A stretch of 64,000 bases of DNA, taken from the NCBI RefSeq assembly GCF_000315625.1, contig NW_005434649.1, positions 1 to 64,000 of the forward strand. Direction: 5' to 3'. The translations under genes were made by a program, and so were the position numbers. Shown in pieces: positions 22,272 to 36,495 of this stretch (the first letter of the stretch is position 1; each line of letters begins with the position of its first letter). Source of the DNA: Guillardia theta CCMP2712. Its lineage: Eukaryota; Protista; Cryptophyta. The notes below the pieces were generated by a model. It was not told the DNA's origin, ran no database searches, and was given only the letters and a program-made list of their open reading frames with translations.

Positions 22272-23378
22272 ACATTATCCCTGTTACTATACCCCAGCAA
22301 TGGACGACAATTGGTTCATGTTTTACTCAGGCTTGGTCCAGGCACCCCTTCTAGATGAAGCGTCGCCCAACGACATAGAAGCCAAAGAGGAGGAGTCTGA
22401 GCAAACATCTTCTACATTACCAACCCCTCAAGACCAGCCCAACAAAGCAGGGCAAAGAGAAGGGACCGATGAGAGAATATCCTTGTCTCCAACTCCTCAA
22501 GTCAAGCCGAACGAGGCAGAAGCTCAAGAGAAAGAGTCGGATGACACTGCCTCTTCACCTGCTACGATGCATCGTGAAAATTGTCTGACGACAAAGAAAG
22601 CAGCGAAAATCAAAGTACGCTCGCCCGACAAGACCTGCCGGGAGGATGCGGGGCTGCCCTTGTTCTCTCCGTCCAAGCTTGCCGCGATTCACCTTGTCGA
22701 CATGAATGGCTCTATAGTATGCTGATTCTAAGCTGGAGATGAGAGCTGCTCTGAGCGAAGACAGCATGTAAATAGACTAACTCTCGTCGCGATCAGCAGG
22801 AAGAGCGAGCATCTCCATACCGGGCCTGAAATCGGCATCGTCGTGATCTGCAAGCTTTACATCCTAGCTTGTAGAGAGGAGTGGCTGTGTCATAATCTAG
22901 ACTTTTCTCAAACGAAGATTGACCATGACTCAAGCTTTGATCCCGATACTTGTAGCAAGACCCTGGTACTGGATTGACTCGTGCACATTGCTGGGTTCTC
23001 TTAGTTAAGAGCTTTCTGCTCCCCTCCGCCGCTGCCCCTCCGCCCAATCTCTCCCCCTCGCCTTCCCCCTCCCCCCCCCCCCCCTCGCCAGTCTTTACTT
23101 TGGACATTCTCTTTGTCCACGGCATCTCACACTCGGCCGCCATGGCCTCAGCCCATCTCCTCGACTAGCTGCACATGACTTGCCGTTGTAGGGGTTTACT
23201 TATGTCTATGGTACATGATACGAGAGCTATAGTATACACGGACAGGATGCTTCAAGCGGCGACGGCATAGCTGAGGTTGAGCTGACCGGCCTCAGCAGAG
23301 CTGCAAGCTGTCGCTACTGGACCCCAAGCCCTCGCGCCCAGCAGGAGAAAGATGAGGTCCCATACATCAAACGTCGCC
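22272..23378 (+). repeat. ~1.1-kb direct segmental duplication, copy 2
   Basis: Near-identical to 20286-21383; overlaps the last codons of the minus-strand channel gene. Confidence 0.93.
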
Positions 23379-26300
23379 AGACCCTGGTACTGGATGGAAA
23401 CAGTCCAAGCCATGAAGACTCCCCTGCTTTCGAATGAAATGGTCAAATCATTACCAATCACTTGTCGTTCGTCCTCTACAACTGACACCTATTTCCCCAG
23501 TGACCTACTTGGCTCCAAGTTGCTTCATAATTCCTGCTGGTCACGTTCTTCTGTAAATGCTACAGATTCTGACGATAACTGCTGCAGTTTGAGGAGACCA
23601 TGCTCTAAAAGCTCTCGAAGTATCCGGAGCGAACTACGGCTTGAGATCACACCTGAGACATCTGGCGAAGAATTAGAGGTTCATGGAGGATAAGGCAAAG
23701 GGACATGGGGGCCATACCAGACATAAAGCAATCATATCGGGAGCAGACTTGCAATTAGCGCTACATTCGAATCGAACTGTCCGCCATTGGACGGCTCGCA
23801 ATATCATGAACTGAGCTCGATCGAAGTCCAACCTTTACAAGCACACTTGACTTGCATGCTGTCAGCTTCTTTCGCAGCAGAGGATTCTTCAGGTCGAGCT
23901 TCATCTCCACCTCAGACGAACTCAAGTCTGAGAGGTCGACAAAGGCCGTTCCAATGAGATCATCAGCAGTCAGCTGCAACAGTATAGGGTCAGCCTCCAA
24001 CATCAATCATGGTGTCAGCTTTCAACATCAATCATGGTGTCAGCTTTCAACATCAATCATGGTGTCAGCTTTCAACATCAAACATGGTGTCAGCTTTCAA
24101 CATCAAACAGGTATCAGAGAGGCCTCACGTTGTCCCGATCCCAGACTGCGACAGTGAGAATCGTCATGCCCGGGTACAGTTGCCACTCGAACGAGCTGTT
24201 CCATTCGGGATTCAAGCTCCCAACGACTGTTTCCGTCCTGTAAGTTGGTTGAAGTGTGTTGCCGTCAACGTAGACCATGCAGTAGCCATCACACTTCCGC
24301 AGAACATCCATCTTGGGAAGGTTGGAAGCCGACAGGACTGTCAACGTCACATACATTTCGGCATTTGCTGGGGAACTGGGAGGTCTGCTCAGCTCGACTG
24401 CGCTCCAGGCCCACTGTGCGCCTCTGCTGTCTGGTGAATTGAGGTTCCCAGTAGCCTCAAGCATCATCAGCTGCCGTTGGCGGATTTCGGCTAGCAACAG
24501 ATTGATAGCGATCAGCCGCCTGTTGAAAGTCAAAAGTCACCCGCGAGCTCAGGGTCTTCACCCTGTACCTCATGCTCTCCAGGCCGACAGCTGCTTGACA
24601 TCCTCTTTTCTCCTTTCTTGGATCTCAACAGAGCTCCTTCCATATCTCTCAAGTAAATCATAAAGCGCTTCGTCGTTGTATTCCTCCAAGCTTCTCAACC
24701 CGCCATCGGTCGCGGGGTTCGAGCAGTGCTTGAGCAGCTCCTTCAGACCTTGCATGTCTATCTGCGCATTTCCGGGTACTACGAGTGTTTTGGCGCTGTC
24801 CATGATCTGATTGATGCATTGCTTCACGTTGGTCTCGGACTGACTGCTTTTGTTGCCCTCAAGAAGAAGGCTCCGAAGCTTCCGATCTGATATAAACCTT
24901 CCGCTCTGAGGAAGCCTTGCTCGGGTCTCGTTGAGCAGGACAGAGAAGAGCTCCGTCAGCAAGCTGTCAGCGTCTTGGGTCTCCTCCTTCACTGCCGCGT
25001 ACGCGTCGACGAGGATGGCGAGGAAAATGTTCATGAGAAGAAAGAAGGCGATGAAGAGATACGACCAGATGAAGATCTGGAGAGCAAACGAACCTGCCGC
25101 GTGTTGCATCTACGGGAGCCTCGTCGTCAGTCAGGTCGCAGCATGTCAGATTGACATACGGTAGAGTAGAACTGCGTCGAGTCAAAGCTGACGAGGATGA
25201 TCATCAACGTCTCTGCAGATGAAGACAAGTCCTTCATACCCTGCAAAGTCAGTGTTACAGCAGTCGATGGTACATATGCTGCGCTCGCTGCTCACTTCGT
25301 ACAAGTGTCCGAACATAACGTTGCCAACGATAGCAAATCCAATCAAAACAATACCGAAAAGGATCAGGAAATGGAAGAGATCGACTGCTGCACGTCCTAT
25401 AGTTCTCGTCACCATCCCCATCCTCTCTTGGAAGTCCATTGACTTCAACAAGCGCAGGATGAACATGACGACGGTCACACCTGCGAACACAGAGTTGACT
25501 CTCAGAGCCGAGGCGATGCTCTGGATCTTGCTGAGGAAGTCAAGGAACTCATACTCCTTGCTGCTGACCGTGCGAAAGTACCGTGCCTGGGCAGGTTTGT
25601 CTGCTGTGATCGGAGGATCAAAGAACGTTTTCCTTCTCGAAGAGTTAGAAAAATTGGGGCCGTAAAATAGGACGGGGTAGTTGGGACTGAGATGAAACTG
25701 GTGCATGGCCTGGTACACAGGGATCCAAGTTATGATCGTCCCCAGCATGGATATGAAGTGCAGCCAATCGATCCAGTTGAAGGGGTCGAGCACGTACTTC
25801 TTAAGCAGAAACCTCCTCGCCATCCCGAGAATCTCCATCGTCTCCATGTAGCCATTGATGCACAGAGCGCAGATGACAAAGAGCATAAGGAAGATAGTTA
25901 GGGGGCTTGGATACAAGATGAGGTCTACGTTGAAGCTGTCGAGCATGTAGTTCCAGTCAATGTTGCCCCCGTTGTCCCAAGTGAAGAAGATCTGACAGTA
26001 GCAGAACATTCCGTGTACTGCGCTGTATGTGAGAATCTCAACTGTGACTTCCGAGGTCTGTGAGTCGATAAACTGACCGTCCTGAGCAAAGGTAACCATC
26101 TTCTCAGCTTGTTTCTGCGTCAGCCTCTCGTCGAAGAAAAGCTTGAAGGTGCTTCTGCTGCCTTCCACGATCTCCGAACGCTTCTTATACACTGAAGTGC
26201 TGCTATCAGCGCTTCGTTCTCCGTCCGACAGCATTCCATCAAGGTTTGTGTCAAGTCGGTTCTGATCATATTCATGGGGATAGAACCCTTTGGGAAACGA

Positions 26301-29300
26301 CAAAGATTCCTTGCCGTTGCTATCTTTCAGCACGTACCTCTCGCTTGGCGCGTAAAAGACTTCTGGGGACAGCTTGGGATTGTAGAGGTTGCTGAAGGGC
26401 ATGAAGTTTGGATCATACCCGTAAGGTGTCGAATCGTAGGTGCCTGTTGCGGGACAATACTTTCCGGAGTCAACTGTTGCAGCATATTGTCTGACGTCCA
26501 TCCTGTCAATCTTCTGCAAGCACGATGTCGTCGGACTCCTCCTCTGCGTGACGACAACCGCCCCGACCATTCGATTGTTTTTAGTGATTTCGCGCAGCTT
26601 CGGCTGGAAGGAAGGTATGATTTGAGGAGGCCTGCCTGCAGGACCGTAGCTCCAGACCTCGAATGGGTTGTTGTCCGAGCACTTATCATTGATCAGTTGC
26701 AGCAGCTTAGTTGCGTCCGTGCACCCCGAGAACCTGCCGGATCCTGGGCACTTGTCTTGCGGACATGCTCCGTTGAAGGCATCAGAGTTATCAGTGCAGA
26801 AGTTGCATCTGGCACACACACCAAAGTCAGAATAGCCGGGGATTTGCTGACAGAAGAGGTTCTCCAAGCAATCATAGTGTGTGACGCAAGGATAGGCCCC
26901 TTCAGTCAGATATGCGAGCGGTGAATCAATCTTGTAGGACAGTAACTGCAAATTGGATATGCTTTCAGCAACTTTTGTCTGAATGCTTGTAAAGTGCTTG
27001 ACAAGATCGTCAGCGTATGAAACTGCTTGGATGTTGCTTTGACTGAAGATGCGAAACGTGACCGCAAATGTCTGACCGTTAGATACTTGCTCTGTCGTCG
27101 CTTCCTTCACCAAAATGTTTTCATGGGGTGCACCTGAAAACGACGAAAATGCGGCATGCAGCAGCTCAAAGGCTGCTGAAGCAACTCCCGCTAAGAATAC
27201 TCCCGTCAAAGAAAAGGAGACAATAGGGGGAGGACGAATACAGAGAGAAGCGAAGAGATAATCGCTTGACACGTTGTGTATGCATGAGATCGCGACGATG
27301 TAATACTTTGATCCGTCTCGATCTGCGTTGAGATTGTAAGCAAGTTCCCTTGTTCCATTCTGTAGCATCTTCCCCTCCTCGCAGATAGGTTCAGACGAGC
27401 AGAAACCATCTTGACAGGTGGCAAACGTGTAGCTCCAAGTCGAGCCTGGGGTCTCAGTCATCAAGGAGATGAGGTGGGCTGTTGGTGCAGTTGAGCAATC
27501 CTGGCTCAGCTCTGGTGTTGACAGCTGCCACTTAGGAGGTAGAGGACGGGATGGACAGTCATCTCCTCCCCAGCCTATGCAGATAGATCCGACTCCGTTG
27601 GAGTTGATAACTTCAACTCGCGCGGAGCCTCCTTTCACAGTAACATGTTGCTCGATGGAAATACCAGAGAGGCTGACTTCTGGAACGCAGGGAAAGAGCA
27701 TGCAGTATTCAAGACTTCTGCAGCTACATACTACGACCTGCATGACTCCATACCGTACTGTGTAGCCCAAGGAGGCAGGTAAGATCGTCTTGATGGAGAT
27801 GTTGATCGGCCCAGAGCCGCCCGAGTCAATAACCCACCATTGCGAGTAGTCACTCTGAAGGCTGCTGCTGAAGATGTGACCTGAAGCCTTTGAGATAGTT
27901 TGCTCACGGGCAGGAGAAGACCATCTGAGCTCCGATGAAGCTTCTACACTATGCTGCTTGACCTCTGCCCCCCGTACGCTCGAGCCTCTGCCGTTCAAAT
28001 TCTGCTTCCAGAGTTTCCCACCGTCTCGAGGGTTATGGTCAGTCATGGCGACGTCTCCTGCTGCTGAGCTCGTCCAGGGCCTGGTGGGTCGTCGAATCGG
28101 AATGTCGCGACCGGTGGCATTCGCTGCTTTTGCCATAGTCCTTCTCTGGGAGGCAGGACAAGGTATCAAAGCATTCGCCAGAAACTCCAAGTTTGCAATC
28201 GAGCTGGAATCTGATGCTGCGTCAGGAAAGGTGCTGCAATATGGAACCTGAAGAAGCAAGGATGTCGGACTTGGAAAGCGCTCAAAAGCAAGCACCTGCA
28301 GGAGTGTCGTCTTGGTCGTTGAAATCGTTCCACTCAGCCCGTAGGAGTTCAAAATTCGTACCCAAAGATCTGAGGTAGAGAATCACTGCCTCTCCTCAGG
28401 TCGAGCGAGTACCTGGAATAGACAGGGAGGAACAGGCGCTGCCGGGTGTGTACAGACAGTACCCTACCATCGCGTTGGTAAGGATGATGCTCCAGGCAAT
28501 GACCTCGCTTCGGATGCCGAAGGCATAGTCGTTCTTGGTAACGTCTACGGGAATAGTGCTGCAGGTAAGTTAGTGAATGACAGCAAGCACCTGGGCTGCA
28601 ACTTCATGCCCTCAGAGGTACCTTGGGACTACTCGGTAAGGTTGAAACTCAGCACGATCTAACATTTCGAAGTTCTTCTTCGTTTGGTACTTGACCAGGG
28701 AATACTTTCCGTCTGGCACCTCAACAGTCGTACTGGTAGCGTTCTGATCCTTGGCAAAGAGAAAGTCTTGAATGCTCTCGCTCCAAATGTTGTACGTGAA
28801 TCCAGCTTTGTTGGCTTCAACGATGGATGGGATGGAGGAGACGTCGCCTCCTATCGATTCGGAACTGGTTCCAATCACGTCCTTGAGATTGATCTGAATT
28901 GTTGTGGTGTTGATGTATGCCCCGCAGTCTTGAGGGCAGCCGAAGCGTCCGAACCCGGGAAACTCATCAGGTGAGTCGCATACACCGTCGCCACAGATTG
29001 GATCGCTGAAGATTGTTTGAACAACGAGACCCGAAAACAAGGAATAGAAGTCCTTCGAGGCTTGCAGTACCCCAGCAGCTCCGCCATCCGAATTCGTGTA
29101 TCCACCTCTTCCTTGACTTGGGAGAGTACTTTGAAGCAGATTTAGGAACGATCGTTCAACCTGGTACTGCGTGCTTATGTCTCTAGAACGATAGAGGAGC
29201 CAGACAAACGCGGTGAAGAAAAAGAGGGTTCCGAACAGTCTAAGGTATGATGATGCTCGATTGACCTTGTCGTCAACCATCTGCAGCAGAGCGTCTATTG

Positions 29301-29526
29301 TAGCGTCGCGTGCTTGACCAGGATCTGCGAAAGAAGGGCGAAAGAGGGACTTAGTTTCGAAGTCCTCGATAAGCTCGTCGATGGCGTCCAACCGATCGTG
29401 ACTGATCCTCTGCAAGTCTGTCAACGAGCTTAGCTGTTGACTTGGGGAGTGTGCCTGCAGACTCTTTCGTTGCCGTTGCTTGTGGGTAGAAGCGATCAAG
29501 CCGCCGCCAGATCCGTCACCCGCCAT
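23252..29526 (-). CDS. Polycystin-2 (PKD2/TRPP)-like cation channel with very large S1-S2 extracellular region and C-terminal C2 domain
   Basis: S1 LFGTLFFFTAFVWLL, FIDSQTSEVTVEILTYS, DPFNWIDW, LRLLKSMDFQERMGMVTRTI, S6 FLLMNIFLAILVDAY. C2 domain VTLTVLSASNLPKMD..CDGYC..LNPEWN..VWDRD..DDLIG. The 3' end is approximate. Confidence 0.88.
23989..24108. repeat. Intronic 25-bp minisatellite GTCAGCTTTCAACATCAATCATGGT x~4.7
   Basis: 25-bp period (24001, 24026, 24051) inside an intron of the C2 domain. Confidence 0.88.
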
Positions 29527-29893
29527 GCCCCTCCAGGCCGCTCGTGTAAAGGCCCCACAAAGAAGTAATCACCCTACCCCACCTACGATCGGCGATTGAT
29601 CTGGTAAGTTTCGCGATGAAGGGGTAGTTGGGTCATGGCAGTTTTAACGAGCAGCTTGGGCATCAAGATGGAGAGCAACATCGAAGGGTAAGAAAGTCAC
29701 CAGAGATGAATAGGTAGGACTGAACAAGCCCACAAGAGTTTCAGCAGTGATGAAAGGATTGCGTTCAAACAAAGAAGTATGAACGAAATCAATGCAAGCT
29801 GACATAGGATGCCAAAATAGTATGAGACCAGGCTTTGGCATGCTCATTGGTGATTGCTCATCAGCTATCATTTTCAATTCAATTCTCACCAGT

Positions 29894-29921
29894 TTTCTTC
29901 TTCTTCTTCTTCTTCTTCTTC

Positions 29922-29963
<42 letters not shown>

Positions 29964-29968
29964 GTCAT
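29894..29968. repeat. Compound (TTC)n(ATC)n microsatellite
   Basis: Direct reading. Confidence 0.9.
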
Positions 29969-32959
29969 CCAAGCTCCTGGATTTTTTTCCTACGCTCTTG
30001 CTAATGGCATTCGCGTACCAGGCTGATGTTGAAGATTTACACGGTGAATGGAGTCTTGCTAGTCTCTATCGTGACAGATCAGATTGAGGGCATCTAGTTT
30101 CTATCGTGACAGATCAGATTGAGGGCATTTAGCTCAAATCTTCCTGCAAACGGAGTCATAGCCTGCTTCGCTATTGTGTTTGTTGTTTTTGTCTTGGGAT
30201 CCGACCCCAACCGGTATGTGTTCCAGCTGTTCAGGACAGACCCTAATGCGCCAAATGCCCACGTCGAGAACTTCATCCAAGTTGTGGTGTTGGAGCTTGG
30301 AGCTGTCATGAATGAGTCTGCTTTTGACCTGACTGCAACCATCTCGTCGCATTTTCTGCTGTGGGGCTGTGAAATATCATCATCGTGCCCTTTGCGCGAG
30401 TGAATTACAGTCTTCTCTCTTCTTCTCGGCTAACATGCTGGGAGTGTGCTGATCCACCCCCGGACATCTGCCTCTGCGCCAGTGACGCTGCTGCCTACAA
30501 CTGGAGGACACTGGAGAGAACTGCGTGACTGCTGGAGCCTACTGGACATGTTTAGAGCAGCCGTGCAAGTGGCAGTATTTCCTCGTAGCTCTCGCGTGTG
30601 GGACTGACTGTTGACGCAGGTACCTCGACTGCTGAAACTTTCGCATCGACTTTTTGCCTGAGCTCCTGTGCAGAGCCAACATCCATTTCATCGGCGTCAC
30701 CGATCCTTCTAACGATCCCTGGATATGCCTTCCTGGCTGGACTCGCTGTCAAACACGCAGAGCTTTCAGGCAATGGAGTCGATCACAACATGGACGCTAA
30801 CCCATCTCACGAAGGTCGTCAGTTGCTCCTGCGCTCCCAGTTGTGGATCCATCGTAGTTAGGCCGCTCACACTCTTCCAGCTTCTACTTGGGCTGCTCCT
30901 CCTCTCACTTATCACGAGCTTCGCCTCTCCTGGGTCGTTGAGATTGTAGGATGTAAACTTGTCATGCTCCTCCATTGCGACTCACTTGCAGATCTTGCAG
31001 CGCCAGGAAACAGGATCGTTGGGCACAAACTTCTCAAACAACTTCGTTTCCCACCCTTGACCGCGTTCTTCCCTCTCTATCTTGTCAGCATACTAGCTCG
31101 TACAAGCTCGTACATCAGACACGTGTGTCATGGAATCAATACACCAAACCTGCCCCTCTTTTGCTTGTCTGCTTCGACATCCAAAAACAAGCTAGAAGAA
31201 CCTATCTTCTAGTCTCCCGTGGTGTGCAGCTGTTTTTTTCCTTCTGAGTGCGAACTGCAGGCTCATCAGTTACCTCCATCTACATGTTAAACTTCATCCA
31301 TCTTCTATCCTCTCTCATGCTTCACTGCTGATGGATGTTCATCCCTCTCAGGCTGCAAGGATCACGCGGCCGCTGGAACATTGAGGGTACTTTAATCACT
31401 AGGCTCCACATTCGGCCTGACGATAATATCACAAAAGGACATGTTCTTTCCTACTGGGACAACGGCCTGTCCTTTCCTCTGAACTTGGAATGGCACATCA
31501 GCACTAATAAAATGCCATCATCCTCAATGTTTAACTAAACATTGTACTGTACCAATTATATAAGTAAACTTTACTATAGATCGGATCAGTTTGGAAACAA
31601 TTTCCTTATCACAACTGAACGTCAAACCGCTCATGCCGGGCGGCAATGGTGGCTCCTCACGCTGCTACCTCTGACTGTCTCCTCCCTCCAGCCCTCCTAC
31701 CTCTCTGATGCTTTCCTGACTTCAGACACCTCTTTTCATCCTATTTCTATCCCTCCCTTCCGTTGTTTAATTCCCCAAAATGTCTCCTTTTTGACCTCCT
31801 GGTCCAAACTTCTTGCTCCTTGATTTGCTTTTCTGCTTATATATGCAACGACCCGGCTCTTGTTCATCTGACTTAGATAATAACATTCTGTCCATCAAGT
31901 TCATTAGTCTTCTGCATTTCTGCGTGTTCATTACAAAGTACTCAAGCAAAAGACATGAAAATTGATCGCTTCATTTTGACAAGGTGCCATTTGTGTCCCG
32001 GCGAGCAGCTTGCAAGTTACGATAGGCCCTTTCATGGAATATCAGAGCAGATAAGATCATCGTTTCATGTATCTCTCACAGAATTTTCCTTTGCTACTCC
32101 TTTCTTTCTTGGGTGCAGCATTTGCAGTTCAAGGAACTGTAACTGAATGTTACACGCATATCAAATCGCCCGTTGAGATCGCAGCAACAACACGGTGGCC
32201 GGTGAGAAATGCAAGGCAGACGAGCCAAACGCTGATGATGGCTTACAGGTGACGCTGAACGGTCCCATCCAGAAGTGCATGAATGGAACCAACTTCGCCT
32301 GCATCAAAGAGATCTTTGAAGAGGAAGGCATGCCTACTCAGTGAGTTAAAGCCTCGGTGTGTTTCTCTCCTTACACTGATGCAGGTACAAAGGTGCAAAC
32401 TGAGGTAGTTATCATGAAGACTAAGACATCTAGCAGGCGGATGTTCAGGAAACCCTTCGCACCACCTCTCCTGCTTCTCCATGACCGACAACAACTACAA
32501 GAGGATGACAGACGGGAGCTTCTCTGAAGTAATTCGCTGCGGCCTCTCCCCAGTCTCCCCGCTCCTCCTTTCCACTTTCCACCAATGGACAAGGCAACAC
32601 TGCTCCTCGTGACTGCTGCCTTCAACACCACTTCCTCCTCAAAGATTATGACCACCAATATCACTCATCGTCACAACTATTTTCCTCATGATCGATTTCA
32701 CGCCTATCTGCATCGTCATATGCAAACCTTTCTTCGCTCATGTGTCATTCATATTCACTCCATGGTTTCCAGGTGAACGGAAAGTATTCTTTCTGCCTCT
32801 GCAACAAAGACAAATGTGAAATCGTGTTGTTTCATGATGAGTGCATGACGCGTTGATCAGGCAATGGAGGATCCAAGAGCAAGAGTCATCAGCTCGGGAT
32901 CATTTTCTTATCCTTCATGGCTATCAATGCTGTATTCCGCGCGTAAACCGAAATTTAAC

Positions 32960-34030
32960 CTCACCCAAACATCAAAAAAATGAAGTGTCTGGAAGAACAA
33001 GGTAGCTGCAATAGATCCGCTCGCTAGAAGGTTCCGTATCGTGCTTCTTCATCGTCGGATCTGCCATGAACTTCAGCACCAGGCATAACTTTGCACTTGC
33101 GAGGTCTCACCCTCCTCCTCCTTCATCCACTAGATCCTCATCGTCGTCACAGTGCTCAGCTAGGAATACGTCATTTAAGCAGTAGGTGACACAAGCAACA
33201 AACAAAGAATGTCAAACCTGCATTCTCGTAGTCGTCCATCTCCAAATCTTCCTCGTCCTCTAGATCTTCTCCATCCTCCTCCTCGCCTTCCCTCGTTTGC
33301 TTCTCGCCATCTTCAGTTGTTTTCTCTCCTCGACCGTCTCCTTCCTGCTCCTCTGGCCGCAGATTTTCGCCACCATCCAGCGCTTCATCATTTCCAAACA
33401 GAGCAGCTGCTGCCTCATCGAGCGCCAAACCTACAGATGAATATGAGCAACCCCTCTCCCCTTCCTCCTCCTCTTCGAGGTAGGTATCGACCGCGATCAA
33501 CCCGAGGGCGAGGCCTCCCTTGTGGCTTGTCAGCAGCAGCCTTCTTGAGCTTTTTCTTGGGCTTTTCTTCCTCTACTCGCAAAAGCTCCTGAAAAATCAG
33601 CATGAGCCGAAGAGAGTGAACACCAAGTGAACACACTTCAGGCATGCTCGACAGGTCGACTTTGGGCAAGATCGCCCGGAAGACAAAATCCTTGGAGCAT
33701 GCAACTCTGATTCACATCTCAGCTGCGCTGTCAACCCTCAAACTGAGAGTCTCAAACCTCTTGTAAGGCGATCTCTCTCTCAGTTCGCAGTAGCGTTGCC
33801 TGATTAAACCGATCAGAAATTCCACTCAGATGTCAACGCTGAAATGCAACCATTGCTCTAAAGTTCGCATCTCGTGGGTGAAAGAGCACTTCCTATCCTT
33901 GAAATCCTGGTCGCACTGGCGCACCCATGAAGGGAACTCTTGCTGTCATGATGTTCAGCATGCTCGGTCGACAAGATCGCAGCATGAACCTGGTCAATCG
34001 ATATGGACTGTAAAGGCTTGGTGACACGCC
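32960..34030 (-). CDS. Hypothetical multi-exon protein with acidic C-terminal half
   Basis: Short open segments (ELLRVEEEKPKKKLKK, EEEDGEDLEDEEDLEMDD) separated by ~50-bp intron-like gaps; no family recognised. Confidence 0.3.
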
Positions 34031-34510
34031 TGTGAAAAGATCAGTCCTTCATCAATACCTCCATCCCTCTCGCTCGTCCTCTCGTGGAACCTCCGCTTTC
34101 TCTCTTCTTGTTCCTCTACTCCCTTTTCCTCCTCCTCCCCTCTCCTCCCCCTCTCACCTGCCGCTCTCAGGCCACCTGCGACCTGCATGCGCCATGATGG
34201 AGAAGGGGGTTGTCCGGGTAGGGTGAATCCAACATGGGGTAGGGTGATCATTGTGGGTATGGTGTCAAAACATAGGGTAGGGGTGTATTAATTCAATACA
34301 TATCGCATTGTTGCTCATCAGAAATGTATGGTAGGGTATCAACGAGGGGGTCATATCCACGACACTGTGGGTAGTACAACCATTATGTGGTAGGTATCAG
34401 GGGTCGAAATGTGCACAAGGAATGCTGGACCAAGTAGATCAGCGAACTGAGAAAATGCAGGACATCAAGAGAAGCAGTGGCAGATCAAGATGAACACTGA
34501 GAGCAGAAGA

Positions 34511-34511
<1 letters not shown>

Positions 34512-34577
<66 letters not shown>
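34512..34577. repeat. (GGAGCA)n hexanucleotide microsatellite
   Basis: Direct reading. Confidence 0.88.
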
Positions 34578-34836
34578 CAGGCACGAGAAAGAGAAGAAGA
34601 AGGCAGGAAGAAGAGAAGGAGAAGGCAGGAAGAGAAAAAGGAAGAGGAGGAGAAAGAGAAGGAGCAGGGGCACGTGGGGAGGATTCATGCATAAGCACGA
34701 GCATGCAAAGGAAATGTTTTGTGAAGGATAGGTTGGCAAGAAGATTCTCATAAGGAAACCATAAGAAGAAATCGGATGAAGATGTAGAAGATTGAGGCAA
34801 ATGGTTGTTGGTGTATAATGCTGATTCAATTGCAGG

Positions 34837-35710
34837 ATGACCGAACTTGTGCTGGGCAGGAGGGAATATTGGCTCAAATATATCACATTAATTGTGATCC
34901 TTCAAGCGCAACTGTCATCAGCGGTTTACATAAAACTTCGGGAAAAGCAGACCAAGTGCTTCATTGAAAACATCGTCAAGAACGAAGTAGTCCTCCTTAT
35001 ATACAGGTCGCCCGATCAGGCCGCTCTCCCAGCCAACGAGGCAGCAGTGCAAAACTTTGTTGGAGTGAAATTGGTGGCCTCGAGTGCGAGCGGGACAGTG
35101 TTCGAATCGAAGCTAGACAAGGAAGGAAGACTAGCCTTCACTTCCTCCGAGGACGGGGATCACAATCTGTGCTTCAGGTTGTTCTTGAGCTTTGTGCTCG
35201 CGGCTCTTGCCTTGTACAGTACTCTGACGAGAATGGGCAGCATCGATGGACAAACTCTGGGTCAAGACTTCCGCGTCTACATACAGATTCAGCTTGGGAC
35301 GGCAGGGGAGAACAATGATGCGTTGCTGAGGCGAGATCATTTGAGCTCCATGGAGCTGAGGGTGAGGAAACTGTCGGACGAGATCTCGAGGGTAAGGAAA
35401 AGCTCGTAACTGAAATGAGGTGATGGCTTGCGAAGGTGCAGGAGCAGCAGCGATACTTCAAGCAACGAGAGTCAAGGTTTTACGAGACCACCAAGTCCAC
35501 ACATGAGAGAGCCCAGGTTTGTCCTAGTCTATCTTTGATCTCACACGCTCATTTCTGTGGCAGTGGTGCAGCATCATGCAGATTGTTGCCATGATTGTCA
35601 TCTCCCTCGGCAATCTGACCTATCTGAGAACTTATTTCATGGTTCCTGTGTTGTTTTTTTGCGCCTTCACTTGACCAAGTTTGTTTACGCAGGCGAAGAA
35701 GCTGATGTAA
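34837..35710 (+). CDS. p24/emp24/gp25L (TMED) cargo receptor
   Basis: Signal peptide, GOLD domain (KCFIE..GRLAFTS..GDHNLCF), coiled coil (QQRYFKQRESRF), transmembrane segment and YLRTYFMAKKLM tail. Confidence 0.92.
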
Positions 35711-36495
35711 AACATGAATCTAAGATTGGACAAATCCCTGTGTTGGCTGTTGTTCGAGCCCATCAAATTCCGTGACCTGACGATTCGTTACACTGGGCCT
35801 GATGGACCCAAGTGACCAAACACAAGAAAGAACACACAGACGACAAGAGTGAAGTACTTCAAGACTGAAACTTGACCAGAACGATCCGTGCAGAGTGAAT
35901 CTCAGGCTCGTCTTAGCCTGGCAGGTCACACTTGTGAACCGAGAGAATGATGTGCACCAGCAGTCAAAAGCAAGAAGAAGCCTAGTGACTAGTACATTCG
36001 AATGATCGCCGGGCCGCTCAGCTAGTAAACTGGCCTGGTGGCTCACCAGCTATGTCACCGTGGTGTTTGTTCAAGGATTCCACATGGGAGAAAACTGGAG
36101 GGAGGAAGGGAGGAAAAAGCGAGGAGGTCGGAGAGAGGAAGGAGGGATGTCGGCAGCGATCGGACTGGCTCTGATCAGGACGGTCAGGCCCACTCCGGGC
36201 CGCGTACGGTCCGCCCGCCCAACCGCCGGACCCGGCGGCGGGCCGCCGGGCCGCGCTCCGAGGCTCGCCGGGCCGGCCGCGCTGAGCGGCACGGGTGACT
36301 GCGGCAGGCCCGCCGGGTCCCCGGACCTTGGAGAGACAGAGTTTAACACCGTGGGGTGGGGTAGTCTTTGTACCCCATTTGAAAAGGGGAAAAGTAGGGG
36401 ACATAAGAGCTAAGCGGTGAGACTCGATTCGTGCTATTTTGGGCAGGCAACAGGCCATGGCGGTGGGGGGGCGACAGGAGGAAGGATCCGTTGCC

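Noticed and set aside
29644-32780. Possible minus-strand multi-exon gene(s)
   Set aside because: Only short ORF fragments with no recognisable motif; no defensible model could be built.
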